Shown piece by piece: positions 13,030 to 24,056 of a stretch of DNA of 64,000 nt. This DNA comes from an uncultured delta proteobacterium (GTDB lineage Bacteria > Myxococcota > Kuafuiibacteriia > Kuafuiibacteriales > Kuafuiibacteriaceae), in assembly GCA_963803435.1 (NCBI GenBank), contig CAWDML010000003.1, positions 224,001 through 288,000 on the forward strand. The letters are read 5' to 3'. Each line of letters opens with the position of its first letter. Position 1 is the first letter of the stretch. The notes beneath the pieces were generated by a model, which searched no databases, was not told the DNA's origin, and saw only the letters and a list, made by a program, of their open reading frames with translations. The translations under genes and the position numbers were made by a program.

Positions 13030-13868
13030 GCGAGAACAAGAAGAACCCGCTCTGGACCTACATGCCGACCTTCGCGCACGCGCCTCCGCCGCGTCCGTCG
13101 CAGGAGCAGATGCAATATGCGCCCCGCGAGATCACCGAGGCGGATCTGCAGCCGCTCCGCATCGACGCCCAGTGGCGTCCGGTGCAAGTGCTCAAGTGGT
13201 TCGGTCCCGCTCGGGCGGATCACGAGTACCTGGCGCGGCTGGTGGTGGCGTGCGCCGTCCTGCAGGGCGTGCACCGGATCCGGGAGCTCTCGGAGCGCCT
13301 GCTCCAGCTGATGACGATCCAGTACCCGCGCGTGCTCCAGATGCTCCGCGACGACGCGCTGGTGTCGAAGAAGGTGCAGCTCACCGAGCTGAAAGGGCGC
13401 CTCGAGCTGGCGCGCTACGAGCTGGCGCAGACGCGCGCCCGCGCCGCGAACGACATCGACAGCGAGCCGCTGAACCCGGACGGGCTGCGCGTCATGGATC
13501 TCGAGATCCTCAAGACGCACTGCCAGATGGTGGTCATCGGACACGAGCTGACGACGCGCCGAAACGTCACCGGGATCGAGTACGGGCTCGCCGTGGCGAT
13601 CAACGTCCCGAACCAGCGGTACGCCGAAGACTGGCTCGAGCGCGCGCTGGGCAGCTCGGAGTTGAATGGAATCCTGCTGTTCACACCGGAAGACTATGGG
13701 CGGCCCATCGCGGTGTACGATGACGGGCGCCTGGCCTACGACCCGGCCCAGGCGCTGGAGGGCGAGGACGAGACCCGGGAGCCTGCGGAAGAGGTGGGCG
13801 ACGTGGACGACGACGATCCCTATGGGGAATGGGATGATGGGTATGCAGACGAAGACGACCTTTACTAG
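13026..13868 (+). CDS. Hypothetical protein with acidic C-terminus
   Basis: ATG at 13026 translationally coupled to the upstream gene; 280 aa; GC3-rich; no motif recognised. Confidence 0.75.
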   Translation: MSENKKNPLWTYMPTFAHAPPPRPSQEQMQYAPREITEADLQPLRIDAQWRPVQVLKWFGPARADHEYLARLVVACAVLQGVHRIRELSERLLQLMTIQYPRVLQMLRDDALVSKKVQLTELKGRLELARYELAQTRARAANDIDSEPLNPDGLRVMDLEILKTHCQMVVIGHELTTRRNVTGIEYGLAVAINVPNQRYAEDWLERALGSSELNGILLFTPEDYGRPIAVYDDGRLAYDPAQALEGEDETREPAEEVGDVDDDDPYGEWDDGYADEDDLY

Positions 13869-13935
13869 CTAAGGGCAAAATCTTCGGTCGCCGTTTCTCG
13901 TATCAATCCGCCGACCTCTGCTAGCATTCCGGCGA

Positions 13936-15774
13936 GTGGACCGCCTCGGCGATTTTCGCTTGCGAAAGCGCTTGGCCGTGGGCGGCATGGGCGAGGTCTA
14001 CCTCGGCGAGAAGATCGGACCCGAGGGGTTCGTCAAGCCGGTCGTCCTCAAGTGCGTCCTCCCACAGCTCGCGAAGGATCGCGCCTTCGTCCAGCTCTTC
14101 CTCGACGAGGCCCGCCTGGCCGCGCTCCTCAACCATCCGAACATCGCGCAGGTGTACGACTTCGGCCTGGTCGACGACATCTACTACATCGCGATGGAGT
14201 ACGTGCCCGGCTACACCGTCGACGACATCCGCCGGAAGCTGAAGTCGATCGGGCAGCTCATGCCGCTTCAGCACATCGCGTGCATCGCGAGCCAGGCCTG
14301 CCAGGGCCTGCACTACGCCCACAACCTGACGGACGCGAACGGCGTCGGGCTCGGCCTGGTGCACCGCGACGTCTCGCCGCACAACCTGATCGTCTCGATC
14401 GACGGGAGCGTGAAGATCGTGGACTTCGGCATCGCCAAGGCGCGGGCCGGGCTCACGCGGGTACAGGCGAAGGGGGCCGTCGGCAAGTTCGGATACATGA
14501 GCCCCGAGCAGGCGCGCGGCGAGCAGGTGGACGGCCGGAGCGACATCTTCTCGCTGGGGATCTGCCTCTGGGAGATGGCCACGAACGAGCGCCTCCACGA
14601 TCCGAACCTCGACCGGGCTCCGAACTACTCGCCGACGCGACCGGTCAAGAGCGTGGAGATGTTCAGGACCGAGGTACCGCGCCAGTTCGTCGAGATCGTC
14701 GAGAGCTCCCTCGCGATCGAGGCGGCCGATCGGTACCCGACCTGCCAGGCGATGCATCTGGCGCTGGAGCGTTTCCAGGCGGCGATGACCCACTACGCGG
14801 GGCAGTCCGCGCTCGCTGCGTACATCAAGGACCTCGTCGAGGGTCGCGTCGAGAATCCGGAGCAGGGCGCCAGCGGCAACGTGGTGGAGCCGGCGGGAAA
14901 GAGCGCGCCGCCGCCGCGCGGGGCCAGCGCCGGTGGGATGGATGCGGCGCAGAAGTACGAAGAGGTCTTCGGCGTCACGATGGAGAGCAAGCGGCCGCGG
15001 CACACCATCCGCTCGGTGCCGAAGTCGTGGGAGACGAAGACGCCCAGCCATCCGCCGGAGCGGACGCCGCCGCCGCGGGAGCCCAGCACGTCCCGTTTGC
15101 TCGACCTCTCGGGGGACCGGTCGACGGTCGAGCTGGCGGAGCAGGCCCCGATCCGCCGGACCACCATCACCACGCCCAGCCCGCGCCCGCCGGTCCATGC
15201 GCCCCGATCGAAGGCTCCGCTGCTGTTCCTCTTGATGGTGCTGATCGTGGCGGGGCTGGGCGCCGGTGCGTACGCGAATCGCGACCGCTTGATGGCAATG
15301 GTGAATCCTACAGAGAAGCCGAAGCCCAAGCTGACCAGCATCTACCGGATCGAGACGCAGCCGCCGGGCGCGACGGTGCTCCTCGACGGGCAGCCGGCGC
15401 CGAAGGTGTCGCCGGTGGACGTCGAGTTGATTCCGGACGTCGAGTACAAGATCAGCGTCGTTCTCGACAAGTACGCCACCAAGGAAGCGGTGGTGAAGGC
15501 CACCGTGGGGACGGAGGTCCGCACGCTCCAGTTCACGCTCGATCCGGCCGGAGTGCTGGCGGTGACGTCCGACCCGCCGGGCGCCACCGTCACGATCAAC
15601 AACCGGGTGATCGAGGACAAGGTGACACCGATGGTGCTCGACGACGTCCCTGCGGATCAGGAGCTGGTGGTCCGTTGTGAGATCACCGGAATGGCGCCGT
15701 GCGTGGAGCGCGTGAAAGTGCCGCCCGGGAAGCGGAAGCCGGTGCACTGTGATCTCGCGCTCGGCGATCAATGA
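13936..15774 (+). CDS. Membrane Ser/Thr protein kinase with C-terminal PEGA domains
   Basis: GGMGEVY, VVLK, HRDVSPHN, DFGIAK, YMSPEQ; one TM; two TQPPGA/SDPPGA PEGA repeats. Confidence 0.93.
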   Translation: MDRLGDFRLRKRLAVGGMGEVYLGEKIGPEGFVKPVVLKCVLPQLAKDRAFVQLFLDEARLAALLNHPNIAQVYDFGLVDDIYYIAMEYVPGYTVDDIRRKLKSIGQLMPLQHIACIASQACQGLHYAHNLTDANGVGLGLVHRDVSPHNLIVSIDGSVKIVDFGIAKARAGLTRVQAKGAVGKFGYMSPEQARGEQVDGRSDIFSLGICLWEMATNERLHDPNLDRAPNYSPTRPVKSVEMFRTEVPRQFVEIVESSLAIEAADRYPTCQAMHLALERFQAAMTHYAGQSALAAYIKDLVEGRVENPEQGASGNVVEPAGKSAPPPRGASAGGMDAAQKYEEVFGVTMESKRPRHTIRSVPKSWETKTPSHPPERTPPPREPSTSRLLDLSGDRSTVELAEQAPIRRTTITTPSPRPPVHAPRSKAPLLFLLMVLIVAGLGAGAYANRDRLMAMVNPTEKPKPKLTSIYRIETQPPGATVLLDGQPAPKVSPVDVELIPDVEYKISVVLDKYATKEAVVKATVGTEVRTLQFTLDPAGVLAVTSDPPGATVTINNRVIEDKVTPMVLDDVPADQELVVRCEITGMAPCVERVKVPPGKRKPVHCDLALGDQ

Positions 15775-15814
15775 CCGATGCCGGTCGACCGCGCTTCCAA
15801 CATGATGCGCGCCG

Positions 15815-16435
15815 ATGCGCGTCCTACTGTTCACGCTCCTCCTGGCGGGCTGCAACTCGGGGACGGGGGACGACGGCACGCCTGAGCCGAGCGCCTGCGG
15901 CCTCGCCGGCTTGAGGACCGGCGAGGAGTGCAACGGGCTGGACGAGTGCGGTGCTTCCAACAACGCCATCGAGCCCGAGTTTTGCGAAAACTGCCTGATC
16001 CGGCCCGACACCCATGTGTGCGAGGCGGGCACCTGCCGTCCTTTGGGGCCCAAGGGCAACATCCAGACCGCCTTCGCGATCCCGCTGGAGGCGGAGGGCT
16101 CGAAGTCGTACACGCTCGCCACCCTGATTCCCACCATGGGTGACGGCAGCAAGGTGACTTGCGAGAAGTTGATGAGCCCGTCCTGCAGCTTCCTCCACAA
16201 CCCCGCGATCAACACCACCAACTCCACGTTCAAGCGGTTCAACGAGCCGGCCCGCTCCGACAGCGTCTACCCGGCGCTTTCCTCTGTGGAGGCCGGGACG
16301 GGCCGGATCCTGTTCATCCAGGTGACGAGCGACGAGCAGGGCAAGGGGACGGTCACGGCGCGCGGATGCGTCGATGGCATCTCGGTGTCAGAGAACGAGA
16401 CCGTCCAGGTTCCGATCGACATTCTGCCGCCCTAA
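15815..16435 (+). CDS. Cys-containing lipoprotein
   Basis: MRVLLFTLLLAGC lipobox; several Cys pairs. Confidence 0.75.
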   Translation: MRVLLFTLLLAGCNSGTGDDGTPEPSACGLAGLRTGEECNGLDECGASNNAIEPEFCENCLIRPDTHVCEAGTCRPLGPKGNIQTAFAIPLEAEGSKSYTLATLIPTMGDGSKVTCEKLMSPSCSFLHNPAINTTNSTFKRFNEPARSDSVYPALSSVEAGTGRILFIQVTSDEQGKGTVTARGCVDGISVSENETVQVPIDILPP

Positions 16436-16492
16436 CTCCACTGAGTGGAATCGTTTGAATGGGATCCATTCGATGTCTTTTTGCAGGCTGAC

Positions 16493-16521
16493 TTGACACG
16501 AGATCGGTTGCCCTTTACTTT
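16493..16521 (+). promoter_or_regulatory. sigma70 promoter for the MerR-like/asgB pair
   Basis: TTGACA (16493-16498)-N17-TACTTT (16516-16521); inverted repeats just upstream at 16437-16449 and 16457-16471. Confidence 0.7.
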
Positions 16522-16539
16522 CCGCGCGGAGCTCTTGGG

Positions 16540-17064
16540 GTGGTGCGGGAAATCTCATCGATCGAGAAGAGACATCCGGAGGGCCTCTCCTCCCGGCAGA
16601 TCATCGAAGTGATGGATGAGCTCGGTGAGCCGCTCACCGAGGCGACCCTCCGAAAGTACGTGCAGCTCGGCCTGCTGCCCCGCAGCCGGCGTGTGGGCGA
16701 GAAGGGCAAGCATCGGGGCTCCCACGGGATCTATCCCGTCGAGGTGATCCGGCGGGTCCACGAGATCCGCCGGGCGATGGACGATGGCGAGACGCTGGAG
16801 CAGCTCGCAGCCCAGCACGCGGTCCGCGCCCAGCTCCTGGCCGCTCGGGTGGCCATGGAAGAGGCGTTGACCGCAGCCGAGACGGATCTCGACCGCCGAT
16901 CGATCGACAAGAAGCACAAGACGTCGGCGAAGACGAAGCTGGCGCAGCTCCGGAAGGAAGCCAGGGAGTGGATCCGGATGTTGGAGAAGTGGTCGGCCGA
17001 GTTGGTGGCTTCGGAGTCGAACGGCAGCGTGAAGGGAAAGCGAACCCGACGCGGAGGTGATTGA
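16540..17064 (+). CDS. MerR-like HTH transcriptional regulator (myxobacterial type)
   Basis: [33 protein letters not shown]; coupled to the asgB homolog. Confidence 0.75.
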   Translation: MVREISSIEKRHPEGLSSRQIIEVMDELGEPLTEATLRKYVQLGLLPRSRRVGEKGKHRGSHGIYPVEVIRRVHEIRRAMDDGETLEQLAAQHAVRAQLLAARVAMEEALTAAETDLDRRSIDKKHKTSAKTKLAQLRKEAREWIRMLEKWSAELVASESNGSVKGKRTRRGGD

Positions 17065-17777
17065 TGTCCTCAGCCAATGAGAAACCGTCGGTCACCTGGA
17101 CGGAAGAGCTCGACCCGGATCCTTGGCACTCGGACAGCAGTCTTCCGGCCAGCGATCAGCTGAGCGGAATCTCGGTGAAGACCGACCTGCCGACCGAGCT
17201 GCCCGAGCCCTCCGAGGCGGAGGACGACGAGGACGAGCCGCCCGTGTCCGAGGGCGAGTCGGAGCTCCCAGCTTCGGCTCTCGTGGACGACGGAGGCCGG
17301 CGGAGGAGCAAGACGATCGCGCGCAAGCAGATGCTGCGCGAGCGCCGGAGGATGATCGCGCAGGGGACGCTCCCCGAGATCCTGGAGTACGAACGTCCCC
17401 GGGAGCGGGCCGAGTGCAGGAACGGCGCGCGGCCCTGCCTCTATGTGTCCTGCCGCTATCACCTTTACCTGGACGTCAACCCGATGACCGGCTCCATCAA
17501 GATCAACTTCCCCGACAAGGAGCCGTGGGAGCTCGAGGACACCTGTGCGCTCGACGTGGCCGAGCGGGGCGGTATCACCCTCGAAGAGGTCGGTGAGATC
17601 ATGAATCTCACGCGCGAGCGCATCCGTCAGGTCGAGGTCAGCGGGCTCGACAAGCTGCGCCAGGGCGAGGCGGACCTCCACACGTTCCTGGACGGGAAGG
17701 AGCTGGAGGGCCTCCCGACCGGAGGTCACCCCGCGAAGCCCCCAAAGCCCGCACTTCCGGTGGTCGACGAAGACTGA
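17064..17777 (+). CDS. asgB: AsgB-like DNA-binding protein with sigma70 region-4 HTH
   Basis: [71 protein letters not shown] resemble Myxococcus AsgB as I recall it; lies upstream of purH. Confidence 0.8.
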   Translation: MSSANEKPSVTWTEELDPDPWHSDSSLPASDQLSGISVKTDLPTELPEPSEAEDDEDEPPVSEGESELPASALVDDGGRRRSKTIARKQMLRERRRMIAQGTLPEILEYERPRERAECRNGARPCLYVSCRYHLYLDVNPMTGSIKINFPDKEPWELEDTCALDVAERGGITLEEVGEIMNLTRERIRQVEVSGLDKLRQGEADLHTFLDGKELEGLPTGGHPAKPPKPALPVVDED

Positions 17778-17798
17778 CGCTCCTGCTAGACGCATCCG

Positions 17799-19346
17799 GT
17801 GCCGCTAGAACCGAAGAGGGCGCTCCTGAGCGTCACCGACAAGACGGGGATCGCGGAGTTCGCGAAGGGTCTCGAGCGCCTCGGCTTCTCCATCCTCTCC
17901 ACCGGCGGGACTGCGAAGGTGCTGGCGGAGGCCGGCGTGAAGGTGACGCCGCTCGGCGACTTCACCGGGTTCCCGGAGATGCTCGACGGGCGCGTGAAGA
18001 CGCTCCATCCGAAGGTGCACGGCGGCATCCTGGCGCGGCGGGACCTGGCGAAACACCGGGCCCAGATGATCGAGCACGGAATCGAGCCGATCGATCTCGT
18101 CTGCGTCAACCTCTACGACTTCGACGGCGCGATCGCGAAGCCGGACATCACCTTCGATGACGCCATCGAGGAGATCGACATCGGCGGGCCCACGCTCCTC
18201 CGGGCCGCCGCCAAGAACCACACGTTCGTGCTCCCGGTCGTCGATCCGGCCGACTACCCGCGCGTGTTGAAGGCGCTGGAGTCGGGCGAGGTCGAGCTCT
18301 CGATGCGTCGCGGTCTCGCGCTCGCGGTCTATCGTCATACGGCGCGGTACGATCGGGCGATCGCGGACTGGATGGGGCGACAGGTGGAGTCGGACGCGTT
18401 CTCCGCGGTCCACGCGCCGCTGTTCGAGCGCGTGCAGGCGCTCCGCTACGGCGAGAATCCCCACCAGCAGGCTGCGCTCTACCGGGGACCGACGCCGTCG
18501 CACCTCAGCGCGGCGCGGATCCTCCAAGGCAAGGAGCTCTCGTACAACAACCTCCTCGATCTCGACGCCGCGCTCGGTCTCGCGATCGATCTGCCGGAGA
18601 CGTCGGCGATCTACATCAAGCACACCAACCCTTGCGGCGCGGCGCGCGGCGCGAGCGCGGCGGAGGCGCTCCAGGTGGCGCGGGCGTGCGACGCGCTGTC
18701 GGCCTTCGGCGCGGTGGTGAGCCTCAACGTGCGGATGGACAGGGCGGCAGCCTCGGTGCTGACCGAGTCGTTCGTCGAGGCGGTGATCGCGCCGGGCTAC
18801 GACGACGACGCCCTCGAGGTGCTGGCCGGCAAGAAGAACCTCCGCGTGCTGTCGCTCCCGGGCGAGTGGCGGGCGGCCGGCGGGTTCGAGCTGCGGGTCA
18901 TCCGGGGCGGCGCGCTCCTCCAGACGCGGGACGACCAGCGGAGCCCGATGGAGGAGGTGAGGTCGGCGCGGGTAGTCACGAAGCGCACGCCCACCGACGC
19001 CGAACGCGAGGCCCTCGCGTTCACGTGGACGGTGGCGAAGCATGTGCGGAGCAACGCGATCGTGTTCGGCCGGCAGGACCGGGTGGTCGCCGTCGGCGCC
19101 GGACAGATGAGTCGGGTCGACTCCGTGAAGATCTGCAAGCTCAAGAGCCCGGAGGCGCTCACGGGGTCCGTGGTGGCCTCGGACGCCTTCTTTCCGTTCC
19201 GGGACGGGATCGACGAGCTCGCAGCCGCCGGAGCCACCGCGATCGCCCAGCCCGGAGGGAGCGTCCGCGACGACGAGGTGATTCAGGCGGCCGACGAGCA
19301 TGGAGTGGCGATGGTCTTCACGGGCGTGCGACACTTCCGCCACTGA
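17799..19346 (+). CDS. purH: Bifunctional AICAR transformylase/IMP cyclohydrolase
   Basis: [59 protein letters not shown]. Confidence 0.98.
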   Translation: MPLEPKRALLSVTDKTGIAEFAKGLERLGFSILSTGGTAKVLAEAGVKVTPLGDFTGFPEMLDGRVKTLHPKVHGGILARRDLAKHRAQMIEHGIEPIDLVCVNLYDFDGAIAKPDITFDDAIEEIDIGGPTLLRAAAKNHTFVLPVVDPADYPRVLKALESGEVELSMRRGLALAVYRHTARYDRAIADWMGRQVESDAFSAVHAPLFERVQALRYGENPHQQAALYRGPTPSHLSAARILQGKELSYNNLLDLDAALGLAIDLPETSAIYIKHTNPCGAARGASAAEALQVARACDALSAFGAVVSLNVRMDRAAASVLTESFVEAVIAPGYDDDALEVLAGKKNLRVLSLPGEWRAAGGFELRVIRGGALLQTRDDQRSPMEEVRSARVVTKRTPTDAEREALAFTWTVAKHVRSNAIVFGRQDRVVAVGAGQMSRVDSVKICKLKSPEALTGSVVASDAFFPFRDGIDELAAAGATAIAQPGGSVRDDEVIQAADEHGVAMVFTGVRHFRH

Positions 19347-19368
19347 AGCCGGTACCGCGAGGAGCCAG

Positions 19369-22098
19369 ATGAGGATCGAGTGCGAGGTCTGCAGCGCGAC
19401 GTACACCATCGATGACGCGCAGCTCTCCGATCAGCCGATCGGCGCCCAGTGCCCCTACTGCGGCCACGTTCGGCTGGTGAAACGGGGAGACGCCGGCGCG
19501 TCGGCCGGCGCGCCGCCGCCCCACGCCGCGAGCGATCTCGCGCTGGGCGCGCCTCCGATCAAGGAGAGCCCATTCTTGGGCGGCGGACCGCCGAACCCGT
19601 TCGGGGGCAACAACGGAGGCGCGCCGCCGTTCGGCAGCGCCTCGCCGTTCGGTGCCTCGCCGTTCGGCGCCTCGCCGTTCGGGAACGAGCCGCCGGGCGT
19701 GCCGCCGCCGACCAGCCCGCCGCCCCCGGTGCCGGGCGGGCTGCAGCTCACGCCTCGCCTGCCGGCCGGACCGCCGCTGGCGCCCCCGCCCCCGCAGCCG
19801 GAGGCGCCGGGCGCGAGCTGCCAGGTCTGCGGGACGGTGCTGACCGACGAGTTCGACAAGGTGATCGGACTGTGCGACGTGCACCAGCGCGATCGTCGGG
19901 GTGCCGACGGCCCCCAGATCACGACCTCCCGTTGGTTCGCGCGCGCGCGCGACGGCCGCGCGGACGGCCCGCTCGACATCGAGGATCTGCGCCAGCGCAT
20001 CCGCAGCGGCGAGTTCTCGCCGGACGACGAGTTCTCGCAGGACGGGCTCGACTTCGGGCCGATCTCCCGCTTCAAGGATCTCGCCTATCTGGCCAGCCTG
20101 AAGGTCGGCGGCCAGAGCGGCGTCGGCCAGCGATCGTCGTTCGCGAGGCCCAGCCCGGGCGTCAGCCTCAGGCGGCTGGTGATGCCGCTGTTCTTGCTCG
20201 CTGCGATCGGCGGCGTCGGCTTCCTCGCCTTCGCCCAGCGCGAACAGCTGATGAAGGTCTATCAGGACCTCACCACCAAGACGAAGATCCTCGGACCCAG
20301 CATGCCGAATCCGCTCAAGCGGTACCTGGCGCGGTGGGGTCTGGCGCATCCGGACGTGTCGGGGACCGCGCACGAGCATCTGGTCACCGCGCAGGCGCGA
20401 CATCGCGAGGACACGTGGCAGAGCTACGAGCTCGCCGAGCAGGCGTATCAGCGCGCGCTGCTCCTCGACGCGAACGATCCGACTGCGATCGCTGGATACG
20501 CCGAGAACGTGGCCGTCTGGCGCTACTCGATCACCGCGCCCGAGGAGCTTCTCATCGTGCGGAGCGCGGTGACCTACGCGAAGGAGCTGGCGCCGGAGAA
20601 CCCGGCGGTGCACCGGGCGTTCGCGGCGCTCTCGCTGGCGGCCGGCGATCTCAACGGCTGTCGCTCCGGCGCCGACGAGGCGATCAAGCGAGATCCCGGC
20701 GACGGCCAGGCCAAGCTGCTGCTGGCGGGTTGCTACATGGAGGGGAACGTCCGGCTGGCGGTGCAGGAGATTGAGGGCGCGCGCAAGATGGTGCCGGAGC
20801 TCCGCCGGGCCGACCGGGTGCTGGCCGAGGCCTACGCGAACCTGGGTCGGTTCGCCTCGGCGTTCAAGGTGCTCGAGGAGCGGCTCAACGTCGATCCGAA
20901 CAACGGCAACGTCCACCTGGCGTACGGCGACCTGGCCCGAGACCTCGCGATGGTCGACAAGGCCAAGGCCTCGTACGAGCGCGCGCTGGCGAGCGGTGAC
21001 GACGTTCAGGCGGCCCACCTCGCGCTGGCCGACCTGGCGCTCGAGCTCAATCAGACCGGCGACGCGATCAACCACTACCGGCAGGCGACCGAGGTCCGGT
21101 CCATCTACGGGCTGCGCGCGGTGCGCGCGTACGCGGGTTGGGCCAAGGGCGAGCTCCTCCGTGGTCACGCCCACCGTGCCGCCCAGCTCGCCGAGTTGGC
21201 GCTGAAGACCGGCCGCGAGGATCCGTCGGCCACGCTGTACGTGAGCGAGGCGTCCATCGTCCGGGGCGAGGCGGGGCTCATGACCGGGTCCGCCACCACG
21301 GCCACCACCTTCGCGCGCCGGGTGCTCGATGCTTCCGGCGGCGAGCCGGCAGCGCTGGTGCTGCTCGGTCGCGCCGCGCTGCTCCAGGGCCAGGCCGAGC
21401 AGGCGATCAAGTACTTCGAGGACGCGGCCTCCAGCGACTCGCGCGATCCGCGGCTGAAGGGGATCCTGGCGGCGACCTATCTCTCGCGCGGCGGTTACAC
21501 GCGCGCCTTCGCCCTGATGCGGCGCGCCGCCGACGAGGATCCGCTGGTCGCCAACTCCCGGCGGAAGGCGAGCCCGCTGGCGCTCTCCGAGCTCCCCGTG
21601 AAGGAAGCGATCGAGCAGTTTCGGCGGGCGACGTCCGAGGATCGAAACGCTTCGGTCGCGAACGCGGCGATCGGAATGCTCTACTACCACTCGGGCGATC
21701 GGGCCCGGGCCCAGGCGGCGATCGAGAAGGCGCTCCGGGCCGACTCCTCGAACGTGGCGGCGCTGATCTACGAGGCCCAGCTGGCGCTCGATCGCGGGAG
21801 CCCCAAGGTGGCGCAGGAGGCTGCCGAGCGCCTGCTGACGGTGGAGCGGGGCTCTGCGCTGGGCTACCTCTTGCTCGGTCGGGCGTTCCGCGCTCAGGGC
21901 AAGAAGGCGGAGGCTGTCGAGAAGTTCGAGGCCGCGCTGCGCAGCAACCCGGGCCTGCTGGTCGCGCGGGTCGAGATGGCCGAGATGCAGCTCGACTCGG
22001 GCGATCGACCGGCGCTGGTCGACAAGCTGGAGGAAGCGTTCCGCGTCAACCCGAACGCCCTCGAGACGCGCCAGGTGCTCTACCGCGCGGGGATCTGA
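19369..22098 (+). CDS. Zn-ribbon (MJ0042-type)/GYF_2/TM/TPR protein
   Basis: MRIECEVC...CPYCG, Pro-rich linker, WFARARDGRADGPLDIEDLRQRI (GYF_2-like), one TM, many TPR repeats; GGAG RBS. Confidence 0.85.
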   Translation: MRIECEVCSATYTIDDAQLSDQPIGAQCPYCGHVRLVKRGDAGASAGAPPPHAASDLALGAPPIKESPFLGGGPPNPFGGNNGGAPPFGSASPFGASPFGASPFGNEPPGVPPPTSPPPPVPGGLQLTPRLPAGPPLAPPPPQPEAPGASCQVCGTVLTDEFDKVIGLCDVHQRDRRGADGPQITTSRWFARARDGRADGPLDIEDLRQRIRSGEFSPDDEFSQDGLDFGPISRFKDLAYLASLKVGGQSGVGQRSSFARPSPGVSLRRLVMPLFLLAAIGGVGFLAFAQREQLMKVYQDLTTKTKILGPSMPNPLKRYLARWGLAHPDVSGTAHEHLVTAQARHREDTWQSYELAEQAYQRALLLDANDPTAIAGYAENVAVWRYSITAPEELLIVRSAVTYAKELAPENPAVHRAFAALSLAAGDLNGCRSGADEAIKRDPGDGQAKLLLAGCYMEGNVRLAVQEIEGARKMVPELRRADRVLAEAYANLGRFASAFKVLEERLNVDPNNGNVHLAYGDLARDLAMVDKAKASYERALASGDDVQAAHLALADLALELNQTGDAINHYRQATEVRSIYGLRAVRAYAGWAKGELLRGHAHRAAQLAELALKTGREDPSATLYVSEASIVRGEAGLMTGSATTATTFARRVLDASGGEPAALVLLGRAALLQGQAEQAIKYFEDAASSDSRDPRLKGILAATYLSRGGYTRAFALMRRAADEDPLVANSRRKASPLALSELPVKEAIEQFRRATSEDRNASVANAAIGMLYYHSGDRARAQAAIEKALRADSSNVAALIYEAQLALDRGSPKVAQEAAERLLTVERGSALGYLLLGRAFRAQGKKAEAVEKFEAALRSNPGLLVARVEMAEMQLDSGDRPALVDKLEEAFRVNPNALETRQVLYRAGI
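19639..19683 (+). repeat. 15-bp tandem repeat x3 (GCCTCGCCGTTCGGN) encoding ASPFG
   Basis: Three consecutive copies visible in the sequence. Confidence 0.9.
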
Positions 22099-23367
22099 TG
22101 GCGACCTGTCTCGTCGTGGGCGGCGGCGGCCGGGAGCATGCGCTCGCGCAGGCGCTCCGGGACTCGCCGTCGAAGCCGCGCGTGATCGCTGCGCCCGGCA
22201 ACGCCGGTATCGCTCAGATCGCAGAGACGATCCCGATCGCGGCGACCTCCGTGGACGCGCTCGTGTCGCTGGCGAGGACGCGTGCCCCCGATCTGGTGGT
22301 CGTCGGTCCCGAGGCGCCGCTGGTCCTGGGGCTCGGGGATGCGCTCCGCGCCGAAGGGTTGGCGGTGCTGGGCCCCGACCGGGCGGCCGCCGAGCTGGAG
22401 GGCAGCAAGACGTTTGCGAAGCAGGCGATGCGGGAGTCCGGCGTGCCGACGGCGCGCTGGGACGTCTTCACCGAGGTGGAGCCCGCGATCCGCTTCGCCC
22501 GCGGGCTGGGCGGCGCGTCGGTGGTGAAGGCCGACGGCCTGGCGGCGGGCAAGGGCGTGGTGGTGGCCGGCTCGCTCGGGGAGAGCGAGGCGGCGATCCG
22601 CTCGATCCTGGGCGGTGCGTGGGGCGCCGCCGGTCGTCGCATCGTGGTGGAGGAGCTGCTGGAGGGCGAGGAGCTCTCGGTGATCGCGTTGGTGGACGGG
22701 ACGCGCATCGTGCTGATGGCGCCGTCGCAGGATCACAAGCGCGCCCTCGACGGCGATCGCGGGCCCAACACGGGGGGTATGGGCGCGTACTCGCCGGCCC
22801 CGCGCGGGACGCCTGCGCTGATGCAGGAGGTCGAGGCCCGCTGCCTGCGGCCGATCGTCGACCTGATGTCCGCGCGGGGGACGCCGTTCTCGGGCGTGCT
22901 CTACGCCGGGCTGATGCTGACGGAGGCGGGGCCGAAGGTGCTCGAGTACAACGTCCGTTTCGGCGATCCGGAGACCCAGGCGATCCTGCCGCGGCTGGAG
23001 GAGGACGCCTTCGAGCTGTTCTCGGCGGCGGCGCGGGGGCGGCTGCCGGAGCGGGTTGCGCGCTTCTCGGAGCGCTCGGCGGTCACGGTGGTGCTGGCCG
23101 CCGAGGGCTATCCGGTCTCGGCCCGGACCGGCGACCCCATCGAGGGGCTCGAGCGGGCCTCGGCCCTCGAGGGGGTGCGCGTCTTTCACGCAGGCACCCG
23201 CCGCGAGGGGGACCGGATCGTGACCGCGGGCGGGCGGGTCCTGGGTGTCACCGCGCTGGGCGCCCCGCTCGCGGAGGCGGTCGAGCGCGCCTACCGCGGC
23301 GTGGCCGAGATTCTCGTGGCCGGGCATGTGCTACCGGCGGGACATCGCGCACCGCGCGCTCGGGTGA
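22098..23367 (+). CDS. purD: Phosphoribosylamine-glycine ligase (frameshift at 23309-23313)
   Basis: GGGGREHAL, VVGPEAPL, KADGLAAGKGV, GPNTGGMGAY, EYNVRFGDPE; one-base repair restores the canonical end EISWPGMCYRRDIA. Confidence 0.95.
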
Positions 23368-23370
23368 GCG

Positions 23371-24051
23371 GTGCTGTTCCTCGATCTCGACGGCACGACG
23401 CTCGACGTCACCAAGCGGCACTACGCCACCTACGTGGAGGTGCTCGCGCTGCCCGACGTCCGCGGCGTGCCGATCCCGGAGCGCGAGTACTGGGCGCTCC
23501 GTCGCGAGGGCAAGCCGTGGGAGGAGATCGTGAAGCGCTCGCGCGTCTTTCCCACGAAATATCAGACCTATCGCGAGCGCTTCGACGAGCGGCTCGAGAC
23601 ACCCGAGATGCTCGAGCTCGACACGCTCAGGACCGGGACGGAGACGTTCCTGGGGAAGATGTACACGAAGATCCCGATCGTGCTCGTGACGCTGCGGCGC
23701 GACGGTGAGGCGCTCGAGAGCCAGCTCGCCGCGCTCGGGATCCGGAAGTACTTCGTGACGGTGCTGTTCGGAGCGCCCAAGCTGGGACGGCGCAAGGATC
23801 CCGACGCGCGCTGGAAGCACAAGGCGTTCCTGATCAGGAGCCGCTACAAGCTCCTGCCGACCGAGTCGCTCTTCATCGGCGACACCGAGACCGACGTTCG
23901 CTGCGCCCGCGAGCTGGGCTTCGAGTCCATGCTGGTGGAGGGCGGCCATCGGAAGAAGGAGCTCCAGATCAAGGCGGACCCGGATCGCATCGTCGCGGAC
24001 CTTCCGGGCTCTCTGAAGCAGATCCTGGCCGGGGGGCGCTGGCAGCGCTGA
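23371..24051 (+). CDS. HAD-superfamily hydrolase
   Basis: FLDLDGT motif I and IGDTETD motif IV. Confidence 0.85.
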   Translation: MLFLDLDGTTLDVTKRHYATYVEVLALPDVRGVPIPEREYWALRREGKPWEEIVKRSRVFPTKYQTYRERFDERLETPEMLELDTLRTGTETFLGKMYTKIPIVLVTLRRDGEALESQLAALGIRKYFVTVLFGAPKLGRRKDPDARWKHKAFLIRSRYKLLPTESLFIGDTETDVRCARELGFESMLVEGGHRKKELQIKADPDRIVADLPGSLKQILAGGRWQR

Positions 24052-24056
24052 GATGG

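Noticed and set aside
21138-23708. 856-aa PurD fusion ORF
   Set aside because: The upstream part is an alternate frame of the TPR gene and the tail is created by the GATTC frameshift
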